Position numbers and translations under genes: made by a program. Positions 49,886 through 58,627 of a stretch of DNA of 64,000 nt are shown here, piece after piece. Within the stretch, counting starts at the first letter, position 1, and each line of letters begins with the position of its first letter. The stretch is taken from the NCBI GenBank assembly GCA_963757655.1, contig CAVWSQ010000001.1, forward strand, positions 998,897-1,062,896, given 5' to 3'. The notes below the pieces were generated by a model. It had not been told where the DNA came from and searched no databases. It saw only the letters and a list, made by a program, of their open reading frames with translations. Source of the stretch: an uncultured Acidobacteriota bacterium. GTDB taxonomy: Bacteria; Acidobacteriota; Vicinamibacteria; Vicinamibacterales; CAVVIG01.

Positions 49886-51395
49886 GCATCGTGAGCAGCG
49901 CGGCCATCGCGTCAATGCCTTCCCACAGGTTCTTGATTCGCAGGTTCTCGTTCGGACCATGCTGGTTGTTGTCGAAATTGACCATCGACAAGCCGAAAGT
50001 CGGCACGCCGAGGACGTCCGCGAACAGATAGAACGGCGTGCTGCCGCCGATTGTCGGCAGGCGCACGATCGGACCGCCGGCGGCGTTCGACAACGCGCTC
50101 GCGACCGACGCGGCCAACGCTGTCTCCATCGAGGTGCGGCCGGCAGGATAGCCGCCGCTGCGGCTGACGCGCGCGAGCATCGGGTGCGCCGCGCGCATCG
50201 CCGCATCGGGCTCGGCATCGACCACGAAGTAGCCCTGCTTGCGGACGTGGGCCACGATCCGATCGAACTGCTTCGCGGGATCGATCGCCCTTACGAGACG
50301 GATGTCGATCTTCGCGCTGGCCGAGCCGGGAATGATGGTACGGCCCTGGCCGCCGACACCGCCGCCCGCCTCGATCGCATTGACGTTGATGGTGGGCTGG
50401 TTGTGGCGGAGCTCGAGCCGCTCCGCGGGATTTTCACGCCGCGTGAAGCCGTAGGCCTGCATCAGCGTCGGCTCGACGTCCGGGATTTCGTCGAGCGCGC
50501 GCCGCTCTGCCGGTGTCAGCGGCACCACATCGTCGTAGAAGCCGTCGACGGTGACGCGGCCGTCGGGCTGCTTCATCGACGCGAGCAGCCGCGCCAGATC
50601 GAGCGCGGGATTGGGCGCCCAGTTGCCATAGTTGCCGCTGTGCAGATCGCGCGAGGCGCCGTAGATTGTGATCGTCGCGCCCAGCAGGCCGCGCGACCCG
50701 AAGTTCAGCGTCGGGCGATCGCTGGCGTGGCGAGGGCCGTCGACCAGGATCAGCAGGTCGCCGCGAACGCGATCGGCATGAGCCCGGACGGCCGCTTCGA
50801 GGTGCGGCGAACCGGCTTCCTCCTCGCCTTCCATCAGCACCCGGATGTTCGAGGTCAGCGGGATGGACGATGCATCGAGCGCGTCGATCGCCGACAGGAA
50901 CGCGACGATCGGCGACTTGTCGTCCGAGGTCGAGCGTCCGAACACGCGCCACTGCGGATCGATCGCCCCGCGCACCTCCTCGAGCTTCATCGTCCGCCCC
51001 GCCGCGGAGAGGTCGGTAACCACGACCGGCGCAAACGGCGGCGCGTGGGTCCATTCGCGCGGATCGACCGGCTGACCGTCGTAGTGGAAGTAGAAGGTCA
51101 TGGTCCGGCGCGCGCCGGCGACGCGGCGCTCGGCCACGACCAGCGGAGCGCCGCCGGTCGGAATCGTCTCGGGCAGGAATCGCCGCTTCTCGAACATGCG
51201 GGTCAACGCCTGCGCGTTGCGGGCGATGTCAGCGGGATTGGCAGCGACGTTGGGAATCGCCACGAGATCGAACAGTTCGCGCAGAATTTGCGGCTCGTGC
51301 TCGCCGCGCCAGCTGCGCACGCGTGCCACTTCATCAGCCGCCGATACGGCGATCGCGGCGGCGACGAGGGTACAGACCAGGGACATCGTTTTCAT
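49881..51395 (-). CDS. M20/M25/M40 family peptidase (dipeptidase-like), exported
   Basis: Signal peptide MKTMSLVCTLVAAAIAVSA. FYFHYDGQPVD, GRSTSDDKSP, EGEEEAGSP are metal-ligand blocks typical of M20. Confidence 0.85.
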   Translation of the reverse strand: MKTMSLVCTLVAAAIAVSAADEVARVRSWRGEHEPQILRELFDLVAIPNVAANPADIARNAQALTRMFEKRRFLPETIPTGGAPLVVAERRVAGARRTMTFYFHYDGQPVDPREWTHAPPFAPVVVTDLSAAGRTMKLEEVRGAIDPQWRVFGRSTSDDKSPIVAFLSAIDALDASSIPLTSNIRVLMEGEEEAGSPHLEAAVRAHADRVRGDLLILVDGPRHASDRPTLNFGSRGLLGATITIYGASRDLHSGNYGNWAPNPALDLARLLASMKQPDGRVTVDGFYDDVVPLTPAERRALDEIPDVEPTLMQAYGFTRRENPAERLELRHNQPTINVNAIEAGGGVGGQGRTIIPGSASAKIDIRLVRAIDPAKQFDRIVAHVRKQGYFVVDAEPDAAMRAAHPMLARVSRSGGYPAGRTSMETALAASVASALSNAAGGPIVRLPTIGGSTPFYLFADVLGVPTFGLSMVNFDNNQHGPNENLRIKNLWEGIDAMAALLTMR

Positions 51396-52354
51396 GGTTG
51401 GGCAGTCTCCGACACGAAGCGCGGCACTTCGGGTTCGCCGGCGTAGAACGATTTCGGCATCCCCCGGCTCAGCGCCCAGCGATGGATCCAGGTGATGCCG
51501 CCGGTGCCGACGAACGTATCCGGCGACGCAAAGGCCGGATCCTCCAGTGCGCGCTCGATCGAGATGAACCGGTATCCACGCCGCTCGAGCATCGTCGCAA
51601 GGACATTGAAGCGGTCGGCGTTCAGCATGTTGGCGTGTATGAGCAGGATCTGCCGCATGTCCCGGCCGAACAACTCGCGCGAATTGCGCTCGAAGAACTC
51701 CATCTTCGACTCCATGTACGGCACGTAGGCGTCGCCGATGCGCGTGGTCAGGGCGGCATCGCCGCGCGACGACGACCGGTCATAGGCCGCCGCGAAGATG
51801 TACTCGTCGTTGTCGACGGTCACCGGCGCGACGCGGTAGCCGTGCTCGGCCAGGAAGTGTTCGAAGCCGGCCCTGGTGGCGAGGTCGCGTCCAGTATGCA
51901 AGAACGGATGGCGAAAGAAGCGCGGCGATTGATGCCGCTCCGCCAGCAGCGGCCGAAGGACGCGCTCGCCCTCGAGCACATCCTGTTCGAACGCGTCGAG
52001 CGGGACGAGGTGCAAATCACGATGGGAGTACCCGTGGTTGCCGAGTTCGAGGCCACCGTCAAGCCACTGGCGCAGTAACTGGGTGCGCTGCGGATCGATG
52101 GCGCCCGTGGCGGTCTCGAGCCTGTCTTCGTTGACGAAGCCGATCGCCGGAACATGGTGCGCGGCGATGCCCGCGAGCAGCCTCGTCGTCAGCACGCGGC
52201 TCGGCTCGATGCTCCGCGGCAGCCCGCCGGCGATCGGCAAATCGTCGATCGTGATGGCGATCTCGCGTACCACACTTGACTGCCGTCGCGCGGCGATCGC
52301 AGCCGGCAGCGCGAACGCCACACAGAGAGCAAGCGCGCTAGCGGCGCGACCCAT
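51392..52354 (-). CDS. Polysaccharide deacetylase family protein
   Basis: Signal peptide MGRAASALALCVAFALPAAIA; ITIDDLP and ELGNHGYSHRDL. The start (52354 or 52363) overlaps the mltG end. Confidence 0.8.
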   Translation of the reverse strand: MGRAASALALCVAFALPAAIAARRQSSVVREIAITIDDLPIAGGLPRSIEPSRVLTTRLLAGIAAHHVPAIGFVNEDRLETATGAIDPQRTQLLRQWLDGGLELGNHGYSHRDLHLVPLDAFEQDVLEGERVLRPLLAERHQSPRFFRHPFLHTGRDLATRAGFEHFLAEHGYRVAPVTVDNDEYIFAAAYDRSSSRGDAALTTRIGDAYVPYMESKMEFFERNSRELFGRDMRQILLIHANMLNADRFNVLATMLERRGYRFISIERALEDPAFASPDTFVGTGGITWIHRWALSRGMPKSFYAGEPEVPRFVSETAQP

Positions 52355-53402
52355 GCACCCCATCTGACCGACCCGACCCACCCGACCTCTGATCCCTGAA
52401 ATACTGCACCTGATACTTCTGCACATTCCGGTTGTGCTCTTCGAGGGTCCTGGCAAATTCGTGCGACCCGTCATTGCGGCTGACGAAGTACAGGTAATCG
52501 GCGTCAGCCGGATTGACAGCGGCCTCAATCGAGCCGCGCCCCGGCGACGCAATCGGGCCCGGCGGCAATCCCGGATGGCGATAGGTGTTGTACGGCGAAT
52601 CGAACGAGAGATCCTGCTTGTGGATGTTGCCGTCATAGCGGCCGGCCTTCACGAGGCCGTAGATCACGGTCGGGTCGCATTGCAGCGGCATGCCAATGCG
52701 CAGCCGCGTCGCATAAACCGCAGCGACAAGCGGCCGCTCGTCAGCCCGGGCGGTCTCCTTCTCGACGATGGAGGCGAGAGTTATCGCCTGACGCACGGTC
52801 AAATGGTGCGCGGCGGCGGCCTGACGCAGCTCCGGCGTGAATACCTTCTCGAACCGCCCGACCATCATCCGCGTGAGCCTGGCGGCGTCAGTATGATGCG
52901 GGAGCGCGTAGGTCTCGGGGAACAGGTAGCCCTCGAGATCCCTCGCCGCCGGATCGAGCCCGTGAATCGGTGCGGGATCGTTCGCAGCCTGGACGAATGA
53001 GGCCGCCGTGCCGAGGCCGTGGGCCTCGAAAATCTTCGCCATCTCGGTGAATGTCAAACCCTCGGGAAAGGTGACGTTCATGACGAACACGTCGCCGCGC
53101 GCCAGCTTGTCGATGACCTCGAACGGCGTCATCGGGCGATCGAACCGGTACTCGCCAGCTTTCAGGCGGCGGCCCTGACGGCTCATCCATAGCGCGACGC
53201 GGAAGCTGATCGGGTCGCGAACGACGCCGGCCGCGACGAGGCGCTCGCCGATCGGCGTCGATCCGGTGCCGGCCGGGATCTCGACGAACCGTTCGGGGCC
53301 CTCGAAGCCGCGATATGGACGGTTGACCCGCACGTACAGGAGTGCCGACGCAGCGCCAGCGGCGACGAGCAACACCAGTAAGAATCCCAGCAGCTTCTTC
53401 AT
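52338..53402 (-). CDS. mltG: Endolytic murein transglycosylase MltG (YceG family)
   Basis: N-terminal TM MKKLLGFLLVLLVAAGAA; FPEGLTFTEMAKIF; ASIVEKET; YNTYRHPGLPPGPIASPG. Confidence 0.9.
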   Translation of the reverse strand: MKKLLGFLLVLLVAAGAASALLYVRVNRPYRGFEGPERFVEIPAGTGSTPIGERLVAAGVVRDPISFRVALWMSRQGRRLKAGEYRFDRPMTPFEVIDKLARGDVFVMNVTFPEGLTFTEMAKIFEAHGLGTAASFVQAANDPAPIHGLDPAARDLEGYLFPETYALPHHTDAARLTRMMVGRFEKVFTPELRQAAAAHHLTVRQAITLASIVEKETARADERPLVAAVYATRLRIGMPLQCDPTVIYGLVKAGRYDGNIHKQDLSFDSPYNTYRHPGLPPGPIASPGRGSIEAAVNPADADYLYFVSRNDGSHEFARTLEEHNRNVQKYQVQYFRDQRSGGSGRSDGVHGSRR

Positions 53403-53415
53403 ATCGTCCGGCCAC

Positions 53416-53452
53416 ACGACGAACGGCGAACGACGAACGACGAACGTCGTCG
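53416..53452. repeat. Heptamer tandem repeat (ACGRCGA)4 ending in a small palindrome, in the ruvX-mltG spacer
   Basis: acgacga acggcga acgacga acgacga acgtcgtcg read directly. Confidence 0.9.
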
Positions 53453-53459
53453 ATGCCTT

Positions 53460-53888
53460 CTAACTTCGATCCAGAAAGTCCTGCAGAAACACCGCCGCTG
53501 ATGCGGCATCGAGAAGGGCTTTCCGCTTCCGCCAGCTCTTCTCGCGCCGCGCAAGACGGCTCTCCGCCTCCCGGCTGGTCAGCCGCTCGTCCTCAGTCGC
53601 GATCGGCAACGGCGTGCGCATCTGCAGCCGCGCGATGAAGGCCTGCACCTGCCTGGTCTGCGGTGTCGGCGTTCCGTCGAGGCTCGAGGGCATTCCGACC
53701 ACGATTGCCGCAAGGCCCTCGTCTTCATGGTCGAGTTGCGCGATTCGCCGCGCGACGCGATCGACCGCGTCCGCCTGGCCCGAAACGACGATCGCTTCCA
53801 GCGGGCGCGCCAGCGTCCGCGAGGCGTCGCTGATGGCGAGCCCGACGCGCCGGGCGCCGACGTCCACCGCGAGAACACGCCCCTTCAC
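53460..53888 (-). CDS. ruvX: Holliday junction resolvase-like RuvX/YqgF
   Basis: MKGRVLAVDVGARRVGLAISD...; 142 aa. Confidence 0.9.
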   Translation of the reverse strand: MKGRVLAVDVGARRVGLAISDASRTLARPLEAIVVSGQADAVDRVARRIAQLDHEDEGLAAIVVGMPSSLDGTPTPQTRQVQAFIARLQMRTPLPIATEDERLTSREAESRLARREKSWRKRKALLDAASAAVFLQDFLDRS

Positions 53889-53975
53889 TCACGCTCCATT
53901 TCCGGATCAGGTACGCGGCAGCTCGGCCTGCCGCCATCTCTCCAAATGGTATAGTTTCTTCTCTCCAAACAGCTC

Positions 53976-56036
53976 GTGAAACGCATCCTGCTCCCCTTGC
54001 TTGTCGTCTGCCTGAGCATCCTGGCCGCATGCGGGCCGCGCCGGCCGCCGCAGAAGTTTCAACAGAAGCTCGTCATTCTCGGCTTCGACGGCATGGATCC
54101 GCGCCTCGTGCAGAAGTGGATGGACGAGGGCAAGCTGCCGAACATGAAGAAGCTGGCGGCGCGCGGCGGCGGCGTTCGCCCGCTGGGTACGACGCATTCG
54201 CCGGAATCGCCGACCGCGTGGGCGTCCTTTGCCACCGGAGTCAATGCCGGCAAGCACAACGTCTACGACTTCCTGATTCGCGACACCAACACCTACATGC
54301 CCGATCTCGGGATGGTGCATTTCGAGCCGCCGCGCTTCATCTTCAACTACATTCCGGTATCGAAGCCGGTGGTGCAGTCGATTCGCGGCGGGACCTCGTT
54401 CTGGGTCACCGCGGGCCGCGCCGGCGTTCGCTCGAGCGTGCTCACCGTGCCGGTCACCTTTCCGCCCGAAGATGTCCCGAACGGCGAACTGTTGTCGGGC
54501 CTTCCGCTCCCCGACATTCGCCGCACGATGGGGACGTTTTACTATTTCGGAACCGACCTGAGCCGCTACGAAGAAGGCAACACGGAGTTCGGTGGCATCC
54601 TGAAGCGGCTCGTCTTCGATGGAGACACGGCGCAGACCGAACTGGTCGGGCCGCCCAACCCGATCGTCAAGCAACAGCTGCGCGAGCTTCGGGCGAAGTC
54701 GTCGCTTGCCAAACCGAGCGACGCCGACCGGATGGCGGTCGCCAGGCTCGAGGCGCGCGAGGACGTGCGGCTGCCGGTCGCCATCCACTGGCACAAGGCC
54801 GCGAAATCGGCCACCGTGAACATCGGCGACAGCTCGATCCTCCTCGCCGAACACCAGTGGAGCAAGTGGATCAACCTCGACTTCAACATCAACCTGTTGA
54901 TTCGCGTCCACGGCATGGCGCAGCTCTACCTGATCAGCGCCGGACCCGAGCTGCAGCTCTATATCTCGCCGGTGAACTGGCGGCCCGACAATCCTCCGGC
55001 CGCGATGTCGTCGCCGGCGTCGTTCTCTGCCGACATCTACGAGCGTCTCGGGCCCTATCGCACGCTCGGCTGGGCGGAAGCCACCTGGCCGCTCAATGAA
55101 GACCGGATCGACGAGAAGGTCTTCATGGACGATCTCTATCGCGCCTTCGACGACCGCGCGCAGGTGATTCTGCAGCGGCTCGACACCCGGCAGTGGGATC
55201 TCCTGGTCGGAGTCATCGAATCGACCGATCGCGTGCAGCACATGATGTGGCGGCTGATCGATCCCACCCACCCGATGTACGACAAGGCGCTCGCTGCCAA
55301 GTACGGCGACTCGATCGATCGCGTCTATCGCCGGTGCGACGATTTTGTCGGCGAGGTCATGTCCCGTCTCGACGCGACGACCCCGATCCTGATCGTGTCC
55401 GATCACGGATTTCATTCGTTCCGGCAGTCCGTGAACCTGAACACCTGGCTGGTGCAGGAAGGGTTCATGGCGATTCAGGGACAGCCGCCCGGAGAGAAGA
55501 AGCTGCAGGATCTGTTCGGCGGCGGCACCTTCTGGGAGAACGTGGACTGGACCCACACGCGGGCGTACTCGATGGGCCTGGGACAGATTTACCTCAACCT
55601 CCAGGGACGCGAGCGGCACGGCATCGTCGCCCCCGCCGACTCCGCCGCGACGCAGAACGCCATCGTCGGCCGGCTGCTCGAGATGACCGATCCCAAGACC
55701 AAGGCGCGAATGGTCGACGCGGTGTACAAGCGCGATGACATCTACCAGGGACCATTCCTGGCAAACGCGTCGGAGCTGCAGGTTGGTTTCGCCGAAGGCT
55801 ACCGCGTGTCGTGGCAGTCGTCGCTGGGCGGCTCGCCACCGGGGCTGGTCTACCCGAACATGAAAAAGTGGTCGGGCGACCACGGATCGTTCGACTACAA
55901 GCAGACGTCGGGCACGCTGATCTCCAGCCGGCCGCCGACGGCCGACCACGCCGACATCATGGATATTGCCCCCACGGTATTGAAGTACTTCGGCCTGCCG
56001 ATACCGTCAGATATAGATGGCAAGCCAATCTTCTAG
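53976..56036 (+). CDS. Alkaline-phosphatase-superfamily lipoprotein (type I phosphodiesterase/nucleotide pyrophosphatase-like)
   Basis: Lipobox LSILAAC; ILGFDGMDP; TTHSPESPTAWASFATG; SDHGFHSF. GTG start. Confidence 0.8.
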   Translation: MKRILLPLLVVCLSILAACGPRRPPQKFQQKLVILGFDGMDPRLVQKWMDEGKLPNMKKLAARGGGVRPLGTTHSPESPTAWASFATGVNAGKHNVYDFLIRDTNTYMPDLGMVHFEPPRFIFNYIPVSKPVVQSIRGGTSFWVTAGRAGVRSSVLTVPVTFPPEDVPNGELLSGLPLPDIRRTMGTFYYFGTDLSRYEEGNTEFGGILKRLVFDGDTAQTELVGPPNPIVKQQLRELRAKSSLAKPSDADRMAVARLEAREDVRLPVAIHWHKAAKSATVNIGDSSILLAEHQWSKWINLDFNINLLIRVHGMAQLYLISAGPELQLYISPVNWRPDNPPAAMSSPASFSADIYERLGPYRTLGWAEATWPLNEDRIDEKVFMDDLYRAFDDRAQVILQRLDTRQWDLLVGVIESTDRVQHMMWRLIDPTHPMYDKALAAKYGDSIDRVYRRCDDFVGEVMSRLDATTPILIVSDHGFHSFRQSVNLNTWLVQEGFMAIQGQPPGEKKLQDLFGGGTFWENVDWTHTRAYSMGLGQIYLNLQGRERHGIVAPADSAATQNAIVGRLLEMTDPKTKARMVDAVYKRDDIYQGPFLANASELQVGFAEGYRVSWQSSLGGSPPGLVYPNMKKWSGDHGSFDYKQTSGTLISSRPPTADHADIMDIAPTVLKYFGLPIPSDIDGKPIF

Positions 56037-57180
56037 GAAAAAACCGAGGAGATCGCAAAGAACGCTGCGCACGTTTTTCTCTGCGCTCTTTGCGTTCTCT
56101 GCGGTTTTTTCCGTAACCGGGCAGACACCGGATCGGGCGCGGACGGAGGCGATGGCGCGGCGAGCGACCGACCGACTTCAGGCGCTGCAGCGCGAAGCCG
56201 ATCGGCTCGCGTCGGAGGAACGTACCCTGCTCGGCGACTTGCGGAAACTCGAAATCGAGCGGCAGATCCGGTCGGAAGAGCTCAAGCAGATCGATCTTGA
56301 TGTCGCGAAGGTGCAGGTCGAGTTGGACCAGACGAGCGCCCGGATGCAGGCACTCGAGACGTCGGAGCGCGCCGAGCTGCCGGAGCTACAGGAACGCCTC
56401 GTCGAGATCTACAAGCTCGGCCGGGCACGTTATCTCAAGCTCCTGCTGTCGACACCCGACCTGCGGCGTCTGGGTCAATCGACCCGAACCGTGGCCGTGC
56501 TTGCCAAACTGGATCGCGACCGCGTCGCGACGCACGCCAGAACGGTCGCCGATCTCGAGAAAGAGCGTAAGGCGCTGGGAAGCCGCCGCGCGGAGCTCGC
56601 GGCACTTCGCGCCGCTGGTGAGAAAGCGCAGGCGGCGGGTCAACGTGCGGCCCAGGCTAAAACCGACCTGGTCCGCGACATCGACCAGAAGCGGGACGTG
56701 AACGCCCAGCTGTCAGGTGAACTGCAGACCGCCCAGCAGAAGCTGCAGAGTGCGCTGCGCGATTTCGCGGCTGGGCTTCCGACCGCCGACGCCCAGCTGC
56801 CGATTCGCCCGTTTCGCGGCGGCCTCGATTGGCCTATCAACGGCACCGTGACTCGGAGGTTCGGACGCGGATCGGCCGCCAACGGCATCGAGATCGGCTC
56901 GGCCGAAGGAGCCAAGGCGGTGGCCGTCCACGATGGCACTGTCGCATTTGCGGGAGCCTTCGCCGGATATGGGAATCTGGTGATCGTCGACCATGGCGCC
57001 GACACCTTCAGCTTGTACGGCGACTTGCTCGACATCGGCGTCCAGAAAGGCGTCCGCGTCGAGCACGGTCAACCCCTCGGCACCGCCGGCCCCATCCCGT
57101 CGGGCTCGGATGGCATTTACTTCGAGCTCCGCGTCGACGCCCACCCGGTCGATCCCTTACAATGGCTCAAGAGACGGTAG
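56017..57180 (+). CDS. envC: EnvC-like murein hydrolase activator (coiled coil plus M23 peptidase domain)
   Basis: Long coiled coil and C-terminal M23/LytM domain (GIEIGSAEGAKAVAVHDGTVAFAG...GNLVIVDHG). The N-terminal signal peptide is encoded by the hairpin at 56035-56112. The start at 56017 overlaps the upstream gene by 20 nt and lacks an obvious SD. Confidence 0.8.
   Translation: MASQSSRKKPRRSQRTLRTFFSALFAFSAVFSVTGQTPDRARTEAMARRATDRLQALQREADRLASEERTLLGDLRKLEIERQIRSEELKQIDLDVAKVQVELDQTSARMQALETSERAELPELQERLVEIYKLGRARYLKLLLSTPDLRRLGQSTRTVAVLAKLDRDRVATHARTVADLEKERKALGSRRAELAALRAAGEKAQAAGQRAAQAKTDLVRDIDQKRDVNAQLSGELQTAQQKLQSALRDFAAGLPTADAQLPIRPFRGGLDWPINGTVTRRFGRGSAANGIEIGSAEGAKAVAVHDGTVAFAGAFAGYGNLVIVDHGADTFSLYGDLLDIGVQKGVRVEHGQPLGTAGPIPSGSDGIYFELRVDAHPVDPLQWLKRR
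56035..56112. repeat. Very long imperfect hairpin (about 34-position stem)
   Basis: 56036-56067 pairs with 56081-56112 (28 of 32 positions paired, counting one G-U). The loop contains GCACGTTTTTC. Confidence 0.85.
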
Positions 57181-57220
57181 CTGCGGCCTCCGCGCCGCGC
57201 ATGCTGAACCCTGAGGTGAT

Positions 57221-58387
57221 ATGAGCTCTCGCACCCGCGTCGTGGTGATGTCCATCTCGGCTCCCTTGATCGCGTTCGCGATCGTGGGCGGATTTCTCAG
57301 CCGCGTGATGGCGCGCGAGGACACCTACCAGCACCTCAAGATTTTCGACGATGTGGTGAGCCTCATCTCGAGCAACTACGTCGAAGATGCCGACATCGAC
57401 AAAGTCATGCGTGGAGCGATGCACGGGCTGGCCGAATCACTGGATCCCGACAGCGCCTACCTCACGGCCGCGGAAGTGAAACAAGTCGAGAGCGGCGCTC
57501 CGCTGCCGCCGGCCGGCGTCGGCCTCGAGCTCACGCGTCAGTATTACTTGCGCGTGATCGCGGCGCGCGACAATTCGCCGGCGGCGAAGGCGGGTTTGCG
57601 CACCGGCGACTACATCCGCGCCATCAACGACATCTCGACGCGCGACCTCTCGGTCTGGGAGGGCATGCGTGCGCTGCGCGGCACCGTCGGATCGAAGGTG
57701 TCGGTGACCCTCATCCGCGGCAACGCCAACGACCCGCACGTCGTCGAGCTGACGCGCGAAACGGAACCGGCATCGGTCGTGAACGGCCGGATGGCCGGAA
57801 CCGGCATCGGCTACGTCCGGGTGGCCGCGATCGGCCCGAACACCGCCGCCCAGGTCAAATCGCAGATCGCCGAGTTGACCAAGAGCGGAGCGTCGAAGCT
57901 GGTCGTCGACGTGCGGCGGGCATCGAGCGGCAGCATCGACGAGGGAATCGCCATCGCCCGCGTCTTCGTGGGCAAGGGCACGCTGGCAATCCGCGAGTCC
58001 AAGGGCGGCGCGCGCGAAACCATCGCGGCAGCCGCCGGTGACGGTGGCGTCACGCTGCCGGCCGTGGTCTTGATCGATACCGGAACGTCGGGTGCCGCCG
58101 AGGTGTTCGCGTCGGCGATGGTCGGCAACCAGCGCGCCGATCTGATTGGCGAGCACACCATCGGGCGCGCCGCGTCGCAGAAACTGGTTCGGCTGCCCGA
58201 CGGCGCCGGCCTCTGGCTGTCGACGACGCGCTACCTCACCCCCAAGGGCGATCCGCTGCACGAAAAAGGGTTGCAGCCGACCGTGCCGGTCGACGACCCG
58301 GATATCGATTTCGGGGCACCGGCGCCGACGACCGATCCCATCCTGGAGAAGGCCCTCGAGCAGCTCAGCGAAAAAAAAGCCGCGTGA
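57221..58387 (+). CDS. ctpA: S41 carboxy-terminal processing peptidase
   Basis: PDZ segment (GVGLEL...GDYIRAIND) and the catalytic region IDTGTSGAAEVFASAM. Confidence 0.88.
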   Translation: MSSRTRVVVMSISAPLIAFAIVGGFLSRVMAREDTYQHLKIFDDVVSLISSNYVEDADIDKVMRGAMHGLAESLDPDSAYLTAAEVKQVESGAPLPPAGVGLELTRQYYLRVIAARDNSPAAKAGLRTGDYIRAINDISTRDLSVWEGMRALRGTVGSKVSVTLIRGNANDPHVVELTRETEPASVVNGRMAGTGIGYVRVAAIGPNTAAQVKSQIAELTKSGASKLVVDVRRASSGSIDEGIAIARVFVGKGTLAIRESKGGARETIAAAAGDGGVTLPAVVLIDTGTSGAAEVFASAMVGNQRADLIGEHTIGRAASQKLVRLPDGAGLWLSTTRYLTPKGDPLHEKGLQPTVPVDDPDIDFGAPAPTTDPILEKALEQLSEKKAA

Positions 58388-58390
58388 ATG

Positions 58391-58490
58391 GGGTAATCGA
58401 GTGATTGGGTAGTGGATAGTCGCCTGGACGAGATTGGCCCCGATTGCTCAATCAATTACCCGATTGCGGGATTATCCAATCACCCGAGTC
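58391..58490. repeat. Repeat-rich spacer with inverted words GGGTAAT/ATTACCC and GTGATTGG/CCAATCAC
   Basis: 58391-58397 pairs with 58455-58461, and 58401-58408 with 58476-58483. cgattg occurs twice. Confidence 0.75.
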
Positions 58491-58499
58491 TGCTATACT
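58472..58499 (+). promoter_or_regulatory. Possible promoter for tRNA-Val/thrS
   Basis: TTATCC, 16 nt, then TATACT (58494-58499), 33 nt upstream of the tRNA 5' end. The -35 element is weak. Confidence 0.3.
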
Positions 58500-58532
58500 G
58501 TCCGTTCGTCTAAATCTGTATTTTCGAGATGT

Positions 58533-58608
58533 AGGCGCGTAGCTCAGAGGTTAGAGCGCCTGCTTGACACGCAGGAGGTCGGTGGTTCGAGTCCACCCGT
58601 GCCTACCA
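58533..58608 (+). tRNA. tRNA-Val (anticodon GAC), CCA encoded
   Basis: Cloverleaf read by hand. Acceptor AGGCGCG/CGTGCCT, anticodon stem CCTGC/GCAGG with loop TTGACAC, T-arm GGTGG-TTCGAGT-CCACC. 76 nt. Confidence 0.93.
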
Positions 58609-58627
58609 CGCTCTTCGCAATCCCCGA

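Noticed and set aside
52355-52400. CCGAC-rich pseudo-repeat (gaccgacccgacccacccgacc).
   Set aside because: It lies within the overlapping coding ends of mltG and the deacetylase gene, so it is not an intergenic element.
58533-58608. tRNA-Val as an integration hotspot or island boundary.
   Set aside because: It is followed immediately by the housekeeping thrS-infC-rpmI-rplT-pheST genes. There is no integrase, direct repeat of the tRNA 3' end, or compositional shift.
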